IMG/VR virus record: IMGVR_UViG_3300032304_000784
Span: 1 to 29,435 of that record
Direction: 5' to 3' (one strand)
Source of the DNA: a virus
Taxonomy: Duplodnaviria; Caudoviricetes
Length of the DNA: 29,435 bases
Part shown: in pieces, positions 27,335-29,435 of the stretch
Layout of the letters: each line of letters opens with the position of its first letter
Position numbering within the stretch: the stretch's first letter is position 1
The notes under the pieces: generated by a model
What the model was told of the DNA's origin: nothing
Seen by the model: the letters and a program-made list of their open reading frames with translations, nothing else
Databases searched by the model: none
Program-made: the position numbers and the translations under genes

Positions 27335-27685
27335 ATGGACCAACAGCTCAAGCAAGCTCTGGATTTTGCCAACTATCAACAGACTTTTTCCATTCAAAAG
27401 AAAGTTCTTAAAGAACGCATATCAGCCAAATTAACCTACGGGTTCAATGGGGGATTGTTTCGAATTGATAGAAATCTCTTAACTTTTGTAGATATGCTAT
27501 GTGTCAAAGATAGAACATCCGGGGTGATTCTGTTAGATGCCAATGAAAATCCTGTGCTAGTAGATGATCTCGAAGAATTCCGTGATGAGATTTTTCGCAG
27601 GTATTTTGAAGCTACTAATGAATATTTTGAACAGCATCAAAAGATTAAAAAAAGTAGATCTGTGGAAAAACTAATATCGCAATGA
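27335..27685 (+). CDS. Hypothetical protein (116 aa), possibly DUF4376-like fibre-associated chaperone
   Basis: Good SD, and ATGA overlap with the next gene. Helix - 'TYGFNGGLFRID' - 'LLDANENPV.V.DL..F' - helix layout. The function is inference only. Confidence 0.55.
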   Translation: MDQQLKQALDFANYQQTFSIQKKVLKERISAKLTYGFNGGLFRIDRNLLTFVDMLCVKDRTSGVILLDANENPVLVDDLEEFRDEIFRRYFEATNEYFEQHQKIKKSRSVEKLISQ

Positions 27686-28542
27686 CACGTGGAATACTAC
27701 TCTTCGCACACAATAATCGCACAGTTGATTATGCATTAATGGCTGTGATAGCCGGCGGCCTAGCTAAAAAAAATCTGCAGGTTCCGGTTTCTTTGATCAC
27801 TGATTCATCTACTATTGCATGGATGCAGGAATCTAATATTTTTAATCAGGCAGAGGGAGTGTTCGAACACATCATCTCAGTTGATAGACCCACCACTGAT
27901 AATCAGAGACGACTACATGACGGGCAAGCCGGTCAGATGATTCCGTTTATTAACACCAATAGAAGCACAGCATATGATCTTACTCCGTACGATAGAACAT
28001 TGTTAATAGACAGTGATTTTTTTATCTTGTCAACCAGTCTTGGAGAATACTGGGATGTTGATGCAGATGTCATGCTAGGAAATGCTATTAACGATATCTA
28101 TAATGATTCTCGTGTGGGATACCTAGACAAGCACGTGAGTGATACAGGCGTTAAAATGTACTGGGCTACTACCGTGATGTTTTCTAAGAATGCAAATGCT
28201 AAATTATTTTTTGACACAGTGCATTACGTCAAAGAAAATTACTCTCAATTTGCCGATGTGTTTAGATTTGACGCTCGACAATTTAGAAATGACATTGCCT
28301 TCAGCGTGGCCAAGCATATATTAGATGGGTATCAACAGAATGACGCATTATCCTTACCTCCTGTATTATCGGCCTTAGATAAAGATATTCTACATAGTGT
28401 TAATGGTAACACGCTGACGTTTCTTGTAGATCATAAATTAACCAACTCGTATTGTGCCACGGCTATATCTAACATAGACATACACATCATGAATAAACAA
28501 AGTGTGATTAGAAACAAACAAGCATTATTGGAGTTGATATGA
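27682..28542 (+). CDS. GT-A fold nucleotide-diphospho-sugar transferase-like protein 1
   Basis: N-terminal Rossmann-like strand-helix (GILLFA...DYALMA), 'TPYDRTLLIDSDF' with DxD at 28009-28017, 'RNDIAF' and late 'HIMNK'. Confidence 0.75.
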   Translation: MTRGILLFAHNNRTVDYALMAVIAGGLAKKNLQVPVSLITDSSTIAWMQESNIFNQAEGVFEHIISVDRPTTDNQRRLHDGQAGQMIPFINTNRSTAYDLTPYDRTLLIDSDFFILSTSLGEYWDVDADVMLGNAINDIYNDSRVGYLDKHVSDTGVKMYWATTVMFSKNANAKLFFDTVHYVKENYSQFADVFRFDARQFRNDIAFSVAKHILDGYQQNDALSLPPVLSALDKDILHSVNGNTLTFLVDHKLTNSYCATAISNIDIHIMNKQSVIRNKQALLELI

Positions 28543-29378
28543 ACTTTGGATATCTGCTAGTTGTTGCAGAGCATGATTCTATTGATTATCTACAGCTGGC
28601 CTACGGCCTAGCACTTAGTATAAAAAACACACAACGAGAAGGCTACGATCGAGTAGCGATTGTGATAGATGATAAAACAAAAATAGAAAAACTTACTAGT
28701 TCGTGGGTGTTTGATCATGTGATAGAATGGAGCCAAGAAACATTTTGGGACGGCCGATCATGGATGGATCAACTCACTCCGTTTGATCACACAGTGTGCC
28801 TAGATGCTGATATGCTATTTTTACAAGACCACAGTCATTGGATTGACTATTTTATCGATAACAGCGAATTATATGTGGCCAATCAAGTGTTTACTTATAG
28901 GGGTGACACGGTTAGTGACCGTAGTTATAGAAAAGCCTTTGACAAAAATAATCTTTCAGATTTATACTCTATGTGGACATTTTTTAACAAAGACTCTCAA
29001 ATAGCCAAAGAATTTTTTGACCTAGGTAGGAGCATAATTAAGAATCCTATAGAATTTTCAAACATGTTTTTGAATAATCACAAGCCAAAAGTCTTAGGCA
29101 CTGATGAAGCGTTTGCATTGTCTGCAGATATATTAGGCATCTCAGACGATATCTCTTATGAATTAGAATTTCCTAGGATAGTACACATGAAACCCATGTT
29201 ACAGAATTGGCCATGGCCTGCTGATACCTGGAGTGACCATGTGGGTTTTTATCTCAACAAAAAAGGTAATCTAAAAATTGGAAATTATCAACAGTACGAT
29301 ATAGTTCACTACGTAGAAAAAGATAAAATAAACACAGAAATGATAAACAATCTAGAGGAAATAGCATGGAAACCGTAG
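28539..29378 (+). CDS. GT-A fold nucleotide-diphospho-sugar transferase-like protein 2
   Basis: GYLLVV...DYLQLA, 'TPFDHTVCLDADML' with DxD at 28803-28811, 'GTDEAF', 'IVHMK', 'VHYVEK'. ATGA overlap with GT1. Confidence 0.78.
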   Translation: MNFGYLLVVAEHDSIDYLQLAYGLALSIKNTQREGYDRVAIVIDDKTKIEKLTSSWVFDHVIEWSQETFWDGRSWMDQLTPFDHTVCLDADMLFLQDHSHWIDYFIDNSELYVANQVFTYRGDTVSDRSYRKAFDKNNLSDLYSMWTFFNKDSQIAKEFFDLGRSIIKNPIEFSNMFLNNHKPKVLGTDEAFALSADILGISDDISYELEFPRIVHMKPMLQNWPWPADTWSDHVGFYLNKKGNLKIGNYQQYDIVHYVEKDKINTEMINNLEEIAWKP

Positions 29379-29435
29379 AAGATTTCGACAAGTGGTTAGC
29401 TGAATACAAACCAGCGCCTGTGAAATATATAGCGG
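29366..29435 (+). CDS. Hypothetical protein, 3'-truncated by the window edge (METVEDFDKWLAEYKPAPVKYIA...)
   Basis: ATG at 29366 with SD GAGGA at 29355-29359, overlapping the GT2 stop. The frame stays open to the window end. Confidence 0.65.
   Translation, partial: METVEDFDKWLAEYKPAPVKYIA

Noticed and set aside
5761-29004. Short alternate-frame + strand ORFs (5761, 7396, 26615, 28804)
   Set aside because: Nested within larger genes, with no protein-like features.
2413-29378. Stop-codon recoding as seen in some large phages
   Set aside because: Genes are long and abut under the standard code, and TAA, TGA and TAG all end genes at coupled junctions.
1-29435. CRISPR arrays, tRNA/rRNA genes, IS elements
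   Set aside because: Intergenic gaps are at most about 60 nt, and no periodic repeats or transposase motifs were seen.

Overview
This window is part of the late (virion morphogenesis) region of a large, AT-rich T4-like/jumbo myophage. It is one tightly packed + strand gene array in the standard genetic code. In order it encodes: (1) a 5'-truncated, enlarged T4 gp6-like baseplate wedge; (2) a 4608-aa modular gp7-like baseplate protein carrying CBM5/12-like, FG-GAP propeller, GSGY and Ig-like modules; (3) a probable baseplate-fibre adaptor; (4) four paralogous tail fibres that share a ~230-aa 'LLENFA/GQxWxD' N-terminal anchor but end in four different C-termini (tail collar, unknown, prophage-type tip plus chaperone gene, peptidase-G2-like autocleaving chaperone); (5) a paralogous pair of ~300-aa Ser/Thr/Gly-rich probable virion proteins; and (6) a cassette behind a perfect T4 late promoter (TATAAATA) embedded in a hairpin, encoding a small protein, two paralogous DxD GT-A glycosyltransferase-like proteins and a 3'-truncated gene. 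The best candidate for an undescribed system is a late-expressed virion-protein glycosylation module coupled to a multi-fibre baseplate. Family assignments come from motif recognition only; no database searches were run.
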